From Polyangiales bacterium (lineage in GTDB: Bacteria; Myxococcota_A; Polyangia; Polyangiales; Polyangiaceae), in NCBI GenBank assembly GCA_038230375.1, contig JBBRNJ010000032.1, forward strand, positions 22,407 to 86,406: 64,000 nucleotides of DNA. Direction: 5' to 3'. The position numbers were made by a program, and so were the translations under genes. How positions within the stretch are numbered: position 1 is the stretch's first letter; each line of letters starts with the position of its first letter. Below the pieces are notes generated by a model. The model had not been told where the DNA came from. It worked only from the letters and a program-made list of their open reading frames with translations, and did no database searches. Positions 19,465 to 31,022 of the stretch are shown in pieces.

Positions 19465-20385
19465 ATGCGCGTCTGGGTGGTCCGTCCGGGTGAAGAAGGC
19501 CCGCTGTCGTCCGTGCTGTCTCGCATGGGCGCGGACGCGGGCGCGCTCGCGGAGGGTCGCGTGTTCGTCGACCGAAAACGCGTGCATGATGCACATATGC
19601 GCGTGAGCGCAGGCGAGTCCGTGCGGGTGTCGGCGAGCGACGCTCTTGCTGTGGACCTTGCGGGCGACGTGCGCATCCTGTGGAACGCGGGCGGGGTCGT
19701 GGCAGCCGACAAGCCCGCGGGGATCCCGACCATCCCCGATCACGGTGGCGACGCGCACGCGCTGGTGACGGTGGTCGCGCGCGCGGTCGGCATGCCCGCC
19801 TCGGCGCTTCATCCCACGAGCCGCCTGGATCGTGGCGTGAGCGGCGTCGTTGTCTTCGCGACCGACGCGTACGCGCGTGAGCAGCTGCGCACCGCCAGGG
19901 AGGACGGCCGCTACGAACGCAGGTACGTCGCGCTTGCCACGCGCGCGCCGTCACCTCTTTCCGGGACGTGGGACGCGCCCATTGGCCGCGCCAAGGATCC
20001 GCTGCTGCGGAAGGTGAACGGCGCGGACGCGGTTCCTTCGGTGACGCGCTATGCGGTGGTGGCAGAGCAGGAGGGCCATGGCGCGGCGATGCTCGCGCTC
20101 GCTCCAGTCACGGGCCGCACGCACCAGCTCCGCGTGCATGCGAGCCACGCCGGGGCGCCGCTCCTGGGTGATCGCGACTACGGCCGCTCCACAAACGTCA
20201 CGCTCGCGTCTGGCGAGGTGGTCCGCGTGGGCCGCATCGCCTTGCACTGCGCGCACGTGCGCTTGCTTTTCGGGGAGGAACAGGTACGGCTCTTCGCCGA
20301 GATCCCCGGTGAGCTGCGCGACCTCGCTTCCACGCTGGGGATGCCCGAAGAGATGTGGGAGAAAGCTGTAACATGCAACCTTTGA
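19465..20385 (+). CDS. RluA-family RNA pseudouridine synthase
   Basis: DKPAG, SRLDRGVSG, TGRTHQLRVH, PLLGDRDYG, ALH motifs. Confidence 0.9.
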   Translation: MRVWVVRPGEEGPLSSVLSRMGADAGALAEGRVFVDRKRVHDAHMRVSAGESVRVSASDALAVDLAGDVRILWNAGGVVAADKPAGIPTIPDHGGDAHALVTVVARAVGMPASALHPTSRLDRGVSGVVVFATDAYAREQLRTAREDGRYERRYVALATRAPSPLSGTWDAPIGRAKDPLLRKVNGADAVPSVTRYAVVAEQEGHGAAMLALAPVTGRTHQLRVHASHAGAPLLGDRDYGRSTNVTLASGEVVRVGRIALHCAHVRLLFGEEQVRLFAEIPGELRDLASTLGMPEEMWEKAVTCNL

Positions 20386-21050
20386 GGAAGTCCGCGCTGC
20401 TGGTCGGCCTGGTTCCGGCAACGCTCTCGTGCGCCGTCCTCCTCTCGTTTGCGCCTACCAATGCCGCCGCGGCAGCTGGGGAGGCGGGCGCGCCTCCTTC
20501 CGACGCGGGTCCGAAGAGATCGCTCCCCTCGCTCCGTCCGCCGGTGCAGGGCGTGCAGGAGATCCGTATCGACAAGACGCCGCCGGATCCCGACCCGGCC
20601 ATGCGTGAAGAGATGCAGTGGGTGTTCGATCTGCGCTACGAGCGCGGCGACATCTTCTTCGTCGGCGTTCATCCGCTGGACCTGGGCGTCCCGCAAACAA
20701 CGCCGCGCGTGATGGGGCGCTTTGCGCTGGAGCTCTTCGAAGGGCCAACGCTCATCGAGCGCGTGCGCTTCGACTTCCCCATGCTCGGCACCGGGGACGC
20801 GCAGAACAAGAACTTCCTCGCGCCCGTCAGCTTCGAGAAGAAGATCACCACGCGCATCGGCGTGATGTTCCCGCAGACCAAGAAGGGCACGCGGCTCGAT
20901 CTGTGGGATCGCGCCACCAACCTCCGGTATCGGCTCCCGTGGCCGCCCGACGCGATCGCACCCTCCACCACCGCGCCCTCCACCACCGCGAGCGCGCCGG
21001 ACGCGGGCTCGGCGCCTGGCTGCGATGGCGGCTGCGCGCGCACGGAGTAG
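20373..21050 (+). CDS. Hypothetical exported protein
   Basis: Signal-like N-terminus, globular core, overlaps both neighbours. Confidence 0.7.
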   Translation: MQPLRKSALLVGLVPATLSCAVLLSFAPTNAAAAAGEAGAPPSDAGPKRSLPSLRPPVQGVQEIRIDKTPPDPDPAMREEMQWVFDLRYERGDIFFVGVHPLDLGVPQTTPRVMGRFALELFEGPTLIERVRFDFPMLGTGDAQNKNFLAPVSFEKKITTRIGVMFPQTKKGTRLDLWDRATNLRYRLPWPPDAIAPSTTAPSTTASAPDAGSAPGCDGGCARTE

Positions 21051-22110
21051 CCTGGTGCTGCTCCGTCGCGCTCTGGTCGCCGGCGTCCTCGCGCTCTTCT
21101 GCGCGTGCGCGTCCGCGCGTGCGCCGAAGGATGCCGTGAGCGGGACGCTGGCGCAGGCCCCGTACGACGGCGGCGACGACGCACGCGACCTTGACGACGC
21201 ATCCGCGGACGATGGTGGCCTTGCGAGCGATGCGGACGCGGACGGCGCAAGCGACGTGCTCGGCAGGCTCGCGGATGGTGGCGGGCCGTGCCCTCGCAAC
21301 ATGGCGTTCGTGGCCGGTGTATTCTGCATTGATCGATACGAAGGCTCGCTCGTGGAGACGCTTCCCGACGGGACGGAGCGCGCGTACCCGCACTACCTGC
21401 CCGTGGACGGACACGACGTGCGCGCCGTGAGCGAGCCCGGCGTCTTTCCGCAGGGCTTCATCAGCGAGCTACAAGCAGACGACGCGTGTCGGGCATCGGA
21501 GAAGCGACTCTGCACGCTGGACGAATGGAAGACGGCCTGCATGGGCCCCGACGCGACGACGTTCCCGTACGGCAGCGAGCGCGCCGCCGGTGTCTGCCAT
21601 GACGGAGGAAAGAGCCCAGTGGCGGCGGTGTTCGGCGCGGCCGCGCTCGCATCCCCGGCGCCGCCTCCCAGTCACCCCCCGAAGCGCGGAAAGGGCAAGC
21701 CCAAGAAAGAGCCGAAGCCCACCGCGAAGGGCGGCGCAAGAAACGTGCATCCTGCAACCAAATCCCCGAAGCCACGCACGCCCGCGCGCCGCAGCGCCCG
21801 CCCGAACGACGTGACCGCAGACGTGTGGACCAAGCTGAACGATCCGCGGCTTGGACAGGTCGACGGCGCTCTCTCACCCACAGGGCAGCACGTCGCGTGC
21901 ACCAGCGCGTACGGCGCGCTCGACATGGTCGGCAACCTCCACGAATGGGTGGCGACGGATCGCAGCCTGCCGCATGGCACCTTCGCAGGCGGCTACTTCC
22001 TGGACACGCACCTCAACGGCGACGGCTGCAACTACCGAACGGTGGCCCACGCCCACGAGTACCACGACTACTCTACCGGGTTTCGGTGCTGTGCGGATGT
22101 TGCGCCGTGA
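21025..22110 (+). CDS. SUMF1/FGE-sulfatase (C-type-lectin-fold) domain lipoprotein
   Basis: FCIDRYE, KRLCT.DEW..AC, DMVGNLHEW, GFRCC motifs. Confidence 0.88.
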   Translation: MAAARARSSLVLLRRALVAGVLALFCACASARAPKDAVSGTLAQAPYDGGDDARDLDDASADDGGLASDADADGASDVLGRLADGGGPCPRNMAFVAGVFCIDRYEGSLVETLPDGTERAYPHYLPVDGHDVRAVSEPGVFPQGFISELQADDACRASEKRLCTLDEWKTACMGPDATTFPYGSERAAGVCHDGGKSPVAAVFGAAALASPAPPPSHPPKRGKGKPKKEPKPTAKGGARNVHPATKSPKPRTPARRSARPNDVTADVWTKLNDPRLGQVDGALSPTGQHVACTSAYGALDMVGNLHEWVATDRSLPHGTFAGGYFLDTHLNGDGCNYRTVAHAHEYHDYSTGFRCCADVAP

Positions 22111-22379
22111 CTGGTGGCGGGTGCGTGCGCTGTCAGGCCCAGCACCCGTCGCCTGTCCTGGTCGGACCTTCGGTCCCCTCACGCCTTGGCGCGAGCCTCC
22201 CCCCGTGTCGCTTACGCGATGTCATGCGGAGCATGACGTTGGTTGACTGGCACCGGCGACGCTGACGCGGTTTGGCCTATTTTCTTCGATGAAAGCGGTG
22301 AGCCTTGGGCGCGCCTTGCGACGAGTTCGCTTGCATGTTTGGCGTCTCTTTGGCTGGGAAACGGATACTATGCAGTTGA

Positions 22380-24137
22380 ATGTCAGCCCTCGCTTGTCCT
22401 GCTTGTTCTACTCCCGTCGAGTCGGGTCAGAAGTTCTGTCCGAAGTGTGGCGGCCCGCTCGCGGCGGACGCGGCCCCCGAGGAGGATGCGTTCGTCGGCA
22501 AGGTCATCGGCGGTAAGTACCGCATCGTGAAGCTGCTGGGTGAGGGCGGCATGGGCGCCGTCTACCTGGGCGAGCAGCAGCTTGGCACCACGGTGCGCAA
22601 GGTCGCCGTCAAGACGTTGCACAAGCACCTGTCGCAGGACCCCCAGATCAAGGAGCGCTTCCAGCGCGAGGTCGCCACCGTCGTACAGCTCGAGCACCCG
22701 AACACGATCCAGGTGTTCGACTTTGGTGCCACCGACGACGGCACGCTCTACATCGTGATGGAGCTCGTGCAGGGCAAGAGCGTGCAGGACATCCTCGAGA
22801 AGGAGGGGCCCATGCCGCCGCCACGCGTGGAGAACATCATGCGTCAGGTCGCTGGCTCGCTCGAGGAAGCGCACGGCCTGGGCATCATCCATCGCGATCT
22901 CAAGCCCGACAACGTGGTGCTCTGCGAGCGCGCCGGGACCAAGGACTGGGTCGAGGTCCTCGACTTCGGCATCGCGAAGCGCTCCAACGAGGTCGACGAG
23001 AAAGAGAAGAAGCTCACGCAGCAGGGCATGGTGCTCGGCACGCCGCCGTACATGAGCCCGGAGCAGTTCACGGGCCAGCCGCTCGACGCGCGCTCGGACA
23101 TCTACTCGCTCGGCGTCATGATGTACGAGATGCTCACGGGGCTGCTCCCGTTCGAGGCGAACACCGCGTGGGAGTGGGCCACCCAGCACATGACCGCGCA
23201 GCCGAAGGCCTTCGAGGCCACGCCGAACGGCGCGCTGCTTCCACCGCGGATGCGCGCCGCGATCATGAAGGCGCTCTCGAAGAAGAAAGAAGATCGCCCC
23301 GCGAGCGTGAAGGAGTTCTACGAATCGTTCGCGGGCACTGCTGGCGCGGGCCCAGGTGCAGGCGCGCCCGCGCCGTTGCCCATGGACGCGGCCCCCATGT
23401 CGGGCGGCATGGGCGGTCAGGCCCAACCGTCGAGCGGTGGCGGCGCGCCACGCGGCAAGACAGAGGTCGGCACGCCCGTCTTCGATGGCGGCATGGGCGC
23501 CATGGGAGGAGGGGCCATGGGCGGTATGGCCGGTGGCGTTCCTCCGATCAGCGGCGGCCCACAGAATCCGTACGGCGCTCCGCCCATGACACCTCCGGGA
23601 CCGAACACGGGCGGACCTGGCGCATACGCCGCGCCCATTCCCGCAGGCCCCATGCGTGAGGCGCAGAACGCCGGCGGTGGCGGACGCGGCGCGCTCATCG
23701 GTGTCGCCGCGGTCGTCGCGCTGCTCACGATCGGCGGAGTGGGCTTTGCGATCTCGCGTGGCAGCGGGCGCAAGACCGTCCCCATCGTCGACACCACCGT
23801 GACGAACGGTACGACCACGGAGCCCACGGCGCCTATCGCGGACCCCAGCTCCACGCCCGATCCGGATCCGTCCGGCGCGACACCGCTCGGCGCGAAGCCG
23901 CTCGGCCCGTCGGGACCCACGTACACCGGCCCGGCGCATCCCGTGTCGCACGATGCGGGCGCGCACACCCCCACTGGACCCACTGGACCCACCGGTCCGG
24001 TCACTCCGCCTCCCGGCAAGCTGGACGCGGCGACCATCGCGGCGTGCGCAGAAGCCGCGGACCGCAAGAAGAACGGCAAGCCCGTGAACCCCACTGCGAA
24101 CCACACGTGCACGACGGGTGGCGGCAAGCTGCCCTGA
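22380..24137 (+). CDS. Membrane Ser/Thr protein kinase with N-terminal zinc ribbon
   Basis: CxxC-x10-CxxC, GEGGMG, VAVK, HRDLKPDN, DFG, GTPPYMSPE, one TM segment. Confidence 0.95.
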   Translation: MSALACPACSTPVESGQKFCPKCGGPLAADAAPEEDAFVGKVIGGKYRIVKLLGEGGMGAVYLGEQQLGTTVRKVAVKTLHKHLSQDPQIKERFQREVATVVQLEHPNTIQVFDFGATDDGTLYIVMELVQGKSVQDILEKEGPMPPPRVENIMRQVAGSLEEAHGLGIIHRDLKPDNVVLCERAGTKDWVEVLDFGIAKRSNEVDEKEKKLTQQGMVLGTPPYMSPEQFTGQPLDARSDIYSLGVMMYEMLTGLLPFEANTAWEWATQHMTAQPKAFEATPNGALLPPRMRAAIMKALSKKKEDRPASVKEFYESFAGTAGAGPGAGAPAPLPMDAAPMSGGMGGQAQPSSGGGAPRGKTEVGTPVFDGGMGAMGGGAMGGMAGGVPPISGGPQNPYGAPPMTPPGPNTGGPGAYAAPIPAGPMREAQNAGGGGRGALIGVAAVVALLTIGGVGFAISRGSGRKTVPIVDTTVTNGTTTEPTAPIADPSSTPDPDPSGATPLGAKPLGPSGPTYTGPAHPVSHDAGAHTPTGPTGPTGPVTPPPGKLDAATIAACAEAADRKKNGKPVNPTANHTCTTGGGKLP

Positions 24138-24170
24138 CACGCTGTACCGCGATCACACGCGGGCGAGCGT

Positions 24171-24881
24171 TCAGCGACTGGCGCGCTCCTCCAGCACCTT
24201 CACGACCGCGCGCGCCACACCCGCGGCCGACGCCGGGTTCTGCCCCGTGACCAGGCGCTCGCTCACAACCACCTTCTCCTGGAAGTCCGGCGCAGCGACG
24301 TGCCGCGCCCCGCGCTCCGTGAGCCGGTCCTGCAGCAAGAACGGAACGACGTTCTCGAGCTTCACCGCGCGCTCCTCGGTATTCGTGAACGCACTCACGT
24401 CCTTGTTCGCGACCAGGTAGTCGCCGTTCGAGAGCTTCACATCCACCAGCGCCGCCGGTCCATGGCACACGGCGGAGACGACCCCGCCGCCCTCGTAGAT
24501 GCGCGCAGTGACGGCCTTGAAGCCTTCGTCCCCCGGCAGATCCCACATGGTGCCGTGGCCGCCGGCGAAGAAGATCGCCTGGTACCGCGTGGGCGAAACG
24601 TCCTTCGACGCGATGCTCGCGTGGAGCTCCGTCATCGTCTTCTCGTCGTCGAGCATCTTCGCATTGATGGGGTCCTTGCGGTCCACGCCGTCGAGCGGGA
24701 TGCGGCCGCCCTTGGGCGATGCGAACTCCACCTCGAAGCCGGCCTTCTTGAAGAGCTCCCACGGATGCGAGATCTCCGGCAGGTACGCGCCGGTGGGGTC
24801 GCCGCTGTCAGTGCCCTTCTTGTCGTGGCTCGTCATGGCGATGAGGATGCGGGTGGTGAGCTTGCTGGAGGACTGGTTCAT
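24171..24881 (-). CDS. DJ-1/PfpI (Hsp31-like) type 1 glutamine amidotransferase-domain protein
   Basis: TSH, TGAYLPEISHP, AGGHG, AVCHGP, TGQNPAS. Confidence 0.92.
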   Translation of the reverse strand: MNQSSSKLTTRILIAMTSHDKKGTDSGDPTGAYLPEISHPWELFKKAGFEVEFASPKGGRIPLDGVDRKDPINAKMLDDEKTMTELHASIASKDVSPTRYQAIFFAGGHGTMWDLPGDEGFKAVTARIYEGGGVVSAVCHGPAALVDVKLSNGDYLVANKDVSAFTNTEERAVKLENVVPFLLQDRLTERGARHVAAPDFQEKVVVSERLVTGQNPASAAGVARAVVKVLEERASR

Positions 24882-25011
24882 GGTCGTATTCCTTTTCTTG
24901 GGGCCATCCCTGGTTCGGGGCGGCGCGTTTCGTTCACACCTATTCATGCAGCAGGGGAGGGCTTGGCGGTAGGAGACGCGGGGTGCGAACAGTTGTACTC
25001 TTGGGTTGTAA

Positions 25012-25935
25012 ATGGCATCCACTCTTGTCATTGGGACACTTCCGAACCTGGCCGCGTTCTGTCGCACGTTCGAGACGGGCAGCTTCACCAAGGCCGCCAG
25101 GCTTCTCGGCATCACGCCCCAGGCGGTGAGCCGAAGCGTGATGCGACTGGAAGACGCGGTCGGCATCACGCTCTTCCGGCGCACCACGCGTAGCCTTTCG
25201 CCGACGGAGTCCGCGCGGCGCTATTACGCGCTCTGCGTCCAGGCGCTCGCGTTGCTGTCGGCGGGCGAGCGGGAGCTCGTGGCAGAGCAGAAAGGCCCGG
25301 AGGGTCACGTCCGCATCAGCGCGCCGACGACATATGGACATCATCGGCTCTTGCCTTCGCTCAGCGCGTTCCGTGAGCGCTATCCGGCCGTACGCCTGGA
25401 GCTCCACGTGTCGAACCAGAACATCGACTTCGTGCGCGACGGCTTCGACGTGGCCATCCGGATGGGGCGCATCGGGGACCACTCGCTCGTCGCGCGGAAG
25501 CTCGGCGAGTTTCCGGTCGGCGTCTACGCGAGCCCCTCGTACCTGGCGCGCCACGGAGCTCCGAAGACGCCCGCCGATCTGAGCAAGCACGAGTGCATTG
25601 GGTTCGTCATGCCCAGCACCGGTCGCGTCCTTCCGTGGTCGTTCGTGCCGGGGCCACGCAGTCTGGTGCCGCACGCGATGTACCGCTGCGCAGACGACGT
25701 GCTCGGGACGGTCACGCTCGCGCGCGCGGGCGTGGGGCTCACGCAGGCGTACGAGTTCCTGGTGGAGGCGGACGTAGCGAAGGGCACGCTGGTAGAGGTG
25801 CTCGCGGGCTTCCGTGGTCTCACGCGTCCGTTCTCGCTCGTGTATCCAGGAGCGGTGAAGCCGAGCACGGCGGCGCGAGCGCTGATCGACTTCATCGTGT
25901 CGACGGCGAAGATGTCGGGTAGAGGACTCGCATGA
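25012..25935 (+). CDS. LysR-family transcriptional regulator (CrgA-like)
   Basis: GSFTKAA..LG.T..AVSR..LE, LFRRTTR, FDVAIR. Divergent from the DJ-1 gene. Confidence 0.95.
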   Translation: MASTLVIGTLPNLAAFCRTFETGSFTKAARLLGITPQAVSRSVMRLEDAVGITLFRRTTRSLSPTESARRYYALCVQALALLSAGERELVAEQKGPEGHVRISAPTTYGHHRLLPSLSAFRERYPAVRLELHVSNQNIDFVRDGFDVAIRMGRIGDHSLVARKLGEFPVGVYASPSYLARHGAPKTPADLSKHECIGFVMPSTGRVLPWSFVPGPRSLVPHAMYRCADDVLGTVTLARAGVGLTQAYEFLVEADVAKGTLVEVLAGFRGLTRPFSLVYPGAVKPSTAARALIDFIVSTAKMSGRGLA

Positions 25936-25994
25936 GGATCGCAGAGCGTGGCGGCGCGAACCGAAATCACAGTGGGGAGTGGGGGAACCCCACG

Positions 25995-26927
25995 TTGAGG
26001 ATCGTGGTCGTGGGTGCGGGCGCGGTGGGGGGATTGCTCGGCGCGATGTTGAAGCGCAGCGGCGAGGACGTAGCATTCGTCGCACGCGGAGCCTCGCGCG
26101 AGCGCCTCGTCAGCACGGGCATTCATGTCGACGGCCCCGACGGCGCGTTCGACGCGGGCCCGTTCGAGGCAGACCCGGACCCCCAGAAGCTAGCCCCTGC
26201 CGACGCGGTCTTCGTGGCCACGAAGAGCTGGCAATTGCCTGCGCTGGCGCCGCGCCTCCAGGGCCTCGTGCGCGAAGGCGGCGTGATCGTATCGCTCCTC
26301 AACGGCGTGGAAGCAGCGGACGTGCTCACGCGCGAGGTAGGAGCGGACAAGGTGCTCGGAGGCCTCTGCCACGTGCTCGCGAAGGCGCCGTCACCGGGGA
26401 TGGTGGTCGTCTCGGGACAGCCACTGCGGATCACCATGGGAGAGCTGACGGGCGCGGATCCGAAGAGCCCGAGCGCGCGCGTCGATGCGCTCGCGAACGC
26501 GCTGACGAAGGCGGGCGTCACCGTTGTTCTCCCACCGGACGTACGCATGGCGATCTGGGAGAAGCTGCTCTTCGTGGGCCCGATGGGCCTGATCGGCGCA
26601 TCCACGGGGATGACGGTGGATCGCTACAGGGTGATCCCCGAGTCCCGCGCACTGCTAGCCGAAGCGATGCAAGAAGTACGAGCCGTGGCCAACGCAAGAG
26701 GCATCGCAGTACCCACGCAGACCGTGGAAGCGACGCTGGCCTTCATCGACGCGATGCCCGAAGGAGCCATGACGTCGATGCATCGCGACCTCATCAACGG
26801 CAAACGCTCCGAGCTAGAAGAGCAAGTAGGAGCCATCGTCCGCCAGGGAAGAGAAGCCAACGTGGCAACGCCAGTTCACCAGGTCCTTCACGCGCTACTA
26901 CGCGCCCGACACCCAGAGCCAAGCTGA
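25995..26927 (+). CDS. panE: 2-dehydropantoate 2-reductase (ketopantoate reductase)
   Basis: GAGAVG, ATK, LNG, WEKL, SMHRD...SELE motifs. TTG start at 25995 (alternative 25932). Confidence 0.9.
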   Translation: MRIVVVGAGAVGGLLGAMLKRSGEDVAFVARGASRERLVSTGIHVDGPDGAFDAGPFEADPDPQKLAPADAVFVATKSWQLPALAPRLQGLVREGGVIVSLLNGVEAADVLTREVGADKVLGGLCHVLAKAPSPGMVVVSGQPLRITMGELTGADPKSPSARVDALANALTKAGVTVVLPPDVRMAIWEKLLFVGPMGLIGASTGMTVDRYRVIPESRALLAEAMQEVRAVANARGIAVPTQTVEATLAFIDAMPEGAMTSMHRDLINGKRSELEEQVGAIVRQGREANVATPVHQVLHALLRARHPEPS

Positions 26928-26928
26928 G

Positions 26929-26970
26929 GGTCGAGGTCGAGGTCGAGGTCGAGGTCGAGGTCGAGGTCGA
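26929..26970. repeat. Hexamer tandem repeat (GGTCGA)x7 between convergent genes
   Basis: Seven perfect copies read directly. Confidence 0.95.
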
Positions 26971-26983
26971 AGCCGTCGCTAGT

Positions 26984-29059
26984 TCACTTCGGTCCGCTGG
27001 TCGCGCAGTGGCCTGCGATGCACGCGACTCCGGCGCTTGCTCCGCAGCAGTCCGCTGCCACCGTGCACTTCTCGAACTCGTTCGCGCAGCCCATGGGCGG
27101 TGCCACGCATGTGAGCTGCGTTCCGCCGTCCGCGCCGTTCACCTGGCGGCAGAAGCCCGTGCAGCACTCGTCTCCGGACTCGCAGGAGTTGCCGTTCTGG
27201 TGGCACGGGTCCAGCGCCCAGAAGCCGCGCATGTTGCCGGCCGCGAGCTCCTGGCCTTCCAGGTAGAACGGCGGGTGGCTGGGATCGGCGCCAGCGGCGG
27301 GGTTCATGTCGACCGCGACGACCCACAGCTTCTTGCGCTGTGAGTTGCCCCACGGATCGCCGCCGACGACGGTGTTGCCGAACTGACGACGGCTGGTGAA
27401 GACGACCCAGTAGTAGCCGCCGACCGCAAGGGGCAGGGCCGTGGGCTCGTAGTTCAGGTGAAGGTCCGCCGCGCCGTACGGAATGTACTGAGCGCCGCCC
27501 TTCATCACGCCGTTGGCGGCGTCGAGCGCGACGCGCGTCTTGGTGGCCAGGTCGACTGCGTAGAGATCGCCGTGGTGGGTCTGCCACGTGGCGTAGTCGC
27601 CGCCGTCGACGGTGCCGAACACGAACGACTTGGTGTCCGGCATGAACGCGGGCCAGCCCACGAACATGGACGGATCGGTGACGACGTCGGTGAGGCCGGA
27701 GAACGCGTTCTTGGCGTTGTCGAAGTCCATCACGGCGAGCGTCTTGCCGGCGCCCGTGTCGTAGTGATTGAAGGCGACCTTCTTGCCGTCGGGTGAGAAC
27801 GAAGGCATCAGCATGTGTCCCCCGAGGCCCGTCGCGGGAAGCGTGGTGCCCGTGCCCAGATCGATGAGCTCGGATGAGCGGTCGCCGCCTTCCACGCCGG
27901 GGACGTTCGGAGGCCAGCTGCCCGCGAGGCCGCCGTTGCTGAGGAGCTTGGAGCCGTCCGGATACACGCCGCCAAAGCCGTATTTCTGATCGGCGCGGTT
28001 GGTGACGACACTGGTGGTGAGGTCCACCTTCTCGCCGGTCATGTACTCGTTCTGGCCGGACTGTCCGCCCATGGTCACGAGCACATTGCCGTTCGCGCTG
28101 ACCGCATGGCAGACGGTGCAGGTGGTGCTGGAGCTGAGGATGTCAGCGGCCGCGCCCGGCTTCACGCGCATGACTGCGCCCTGGCCGTTCGCCATCGGCG
28201 AGCTGTACGTGTTGTAGTAGACGGTGCCCTTCAGGTTGCCCTGCGCGATGGTCCACGACTCCTTGATGGGGCCGGTGACGCCGGCGGCCGAGAGCGTGGT
28301 GACCTCGACGTTGACCGGATCGCTCGAACCCGCGGACGACGTGATGGTCTTCCAGGCGGCGGGCGAGAGCGCGACCTTCGACGGGTTGCTTGCGCCGTAC
28401 CAGCCCTTGTAGTCGAGGTTCTTGGTTGTAATATGCACGTAACTCGCGGAGGCCGCCTGACCCGCGAACTGCAGCGCCGGCGGCAGGAGGCCGCGCGGGA
28501 AGACCGTCTGGTCGTAGGGGTAGAGCCACGCGAACGTGCCGTCGGCCTTGCCGCCTGCGGTGAGCTGCGCTTGCACGCTGGGGCTCACCATGCCCGGGTT
28601 CTCCGTGGTGGTGAGGTGCACGGTGACCGTGGTGGAGCCGGAGAGGTTGCCGGCCTGCGCGGTGATCGTGGCCTGTCCGCCCGCGGTGCCCGACGCCTTG
28701 AAGAGACCGTTGTTGTCGATCGTCCCGAGGGCCACGTTGTCGACGGACCACGTGGCGCCGACCGATGCGGAGCTGCCAGGCGGTGTCGCCTTGAACTGCT
28801 GCGTGACGGGCATGCCGCCCGCGGTCACTGTGAGGACCGGGTTCGGCGGTGTGACGACGAGCGCGGCCTTCGTGGAGCCGTCCATTCCGCCGCCGCCGCC
28901 GAAGAGGCCACCACCGCCACCTTCGCCGTTGCCGTTGCCGCCGTCGGCGTTCACGTCGTCGAAGCCGCTGGTGTCGGGATGTCCACAACCAGCCGCCCAC
29001 GTTGCCGCCGACAAAGCGACGCCCAGCACGAGCCACCCGAGCCCTCGTCCTACCCTCAT
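26984..29059 (-). CDS. Lipoprotein with Ig-like domain, TolB/PD40-like propeller and Cys-rich C-terminus
   Basis: Lipobox AAGC, 'TIDNNGLF' Big_2-like motif, CTVCH, 'PSFSPDGKKVAF', 'YYWVVFTSRR', terminal CC motifs. Confidence 0.82.
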   Translation of the reverse strand: MRVGRGLGWLVLGVALSAATWAAGCGHPDTSGFDDVNADGGNGNGEGGGGGLFGGGGGMDGSTKAALVVTPPNPVLTVTAGGMPVTQQFKATPPGSSASVGATWSVDNVALGTIDNNGLFKASGTAGGQATITAQAGNLSGSTTVTVHLTTTENPGMVSPSVQAQLTAGGKADGTFAWLYPYDQTVFPRGLLPPALQFAGQAASASYVHITTKNLDYKGWYGASNPSKVALSPAAWKTITSSAGSSDPVNVEVTTLSAAGVTGPIKESWTIAQGNLKGTVYYNTYSSPMANGQGAVMRVKPGAAADILSSSTTCTVCHAVSANGNVLVTMGGQSGQNEYMTGEKVDLTTSVVTNRADQKYGFGGVYPDGSKLLSNGGLAGSWPPNVPGVEGGDRSSELIDLGTGTTLPATGLGGHMLMPSFSPDGKKVAFNHYDTGAGKTLAVMDFDNAKNAFSGLTDVVTDPSMFVGWPAFMPDTKSFVFGTVDGGDYATWQTHHGDLYAVDLATKTRVALDAANGVMKGGAQYIPYGAADLHLNYEPTALPLAVGGYYWVVFTSRRQFGNTVVGGDPWGNSQRKKLWVVAVDMNPAAGADPSHPPFYLEGQELAAGNMRGFWALDPCHQNGNSCESGDECCTGFCRQVNGADGGTQLTCVAPPMGCANEFEKCTVAADCCGASAGVACIAGHCATSGPK

Positions 29060-29177
29060 GGGGTGTAATCTTGCACTTATCCTGTTCTCCATCCCGTCAC
29101 GGCCGCGTCTCCGCAGCAAAAACGCCTAGATTTCGTCCCGATTTCGGCGGCGGTGACGCGTTTATGGCGAGCTGGTA

Positions 29178-30998
<1,821 letters not shown>

Positions 30999-31022
30999 GC
31001 TTGCGCCGCGCCTGACGCGCGA

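Noticed and set aside
21025..22110. FGE-sulfatase/CLec protein as a diversity-generating retroelement target
   Set aside because: No reverse transcriptase and no template-repeat copy of its 3' end seen in the window.
22113..22153. GC-rich hairpin after the FGE-domain gene
   Set aside because: The stem is imperfect with a long loop and no U-tract, so a terminator or ncRNA call cannot be supported.
27010..28130. CTVCH in the 26984-29059 lipoprotein as a heme c binding site
   Set aside because: It is a single CxxCH in a Cys-rich propeller protein with no other cytochrome features, which is insufficient.
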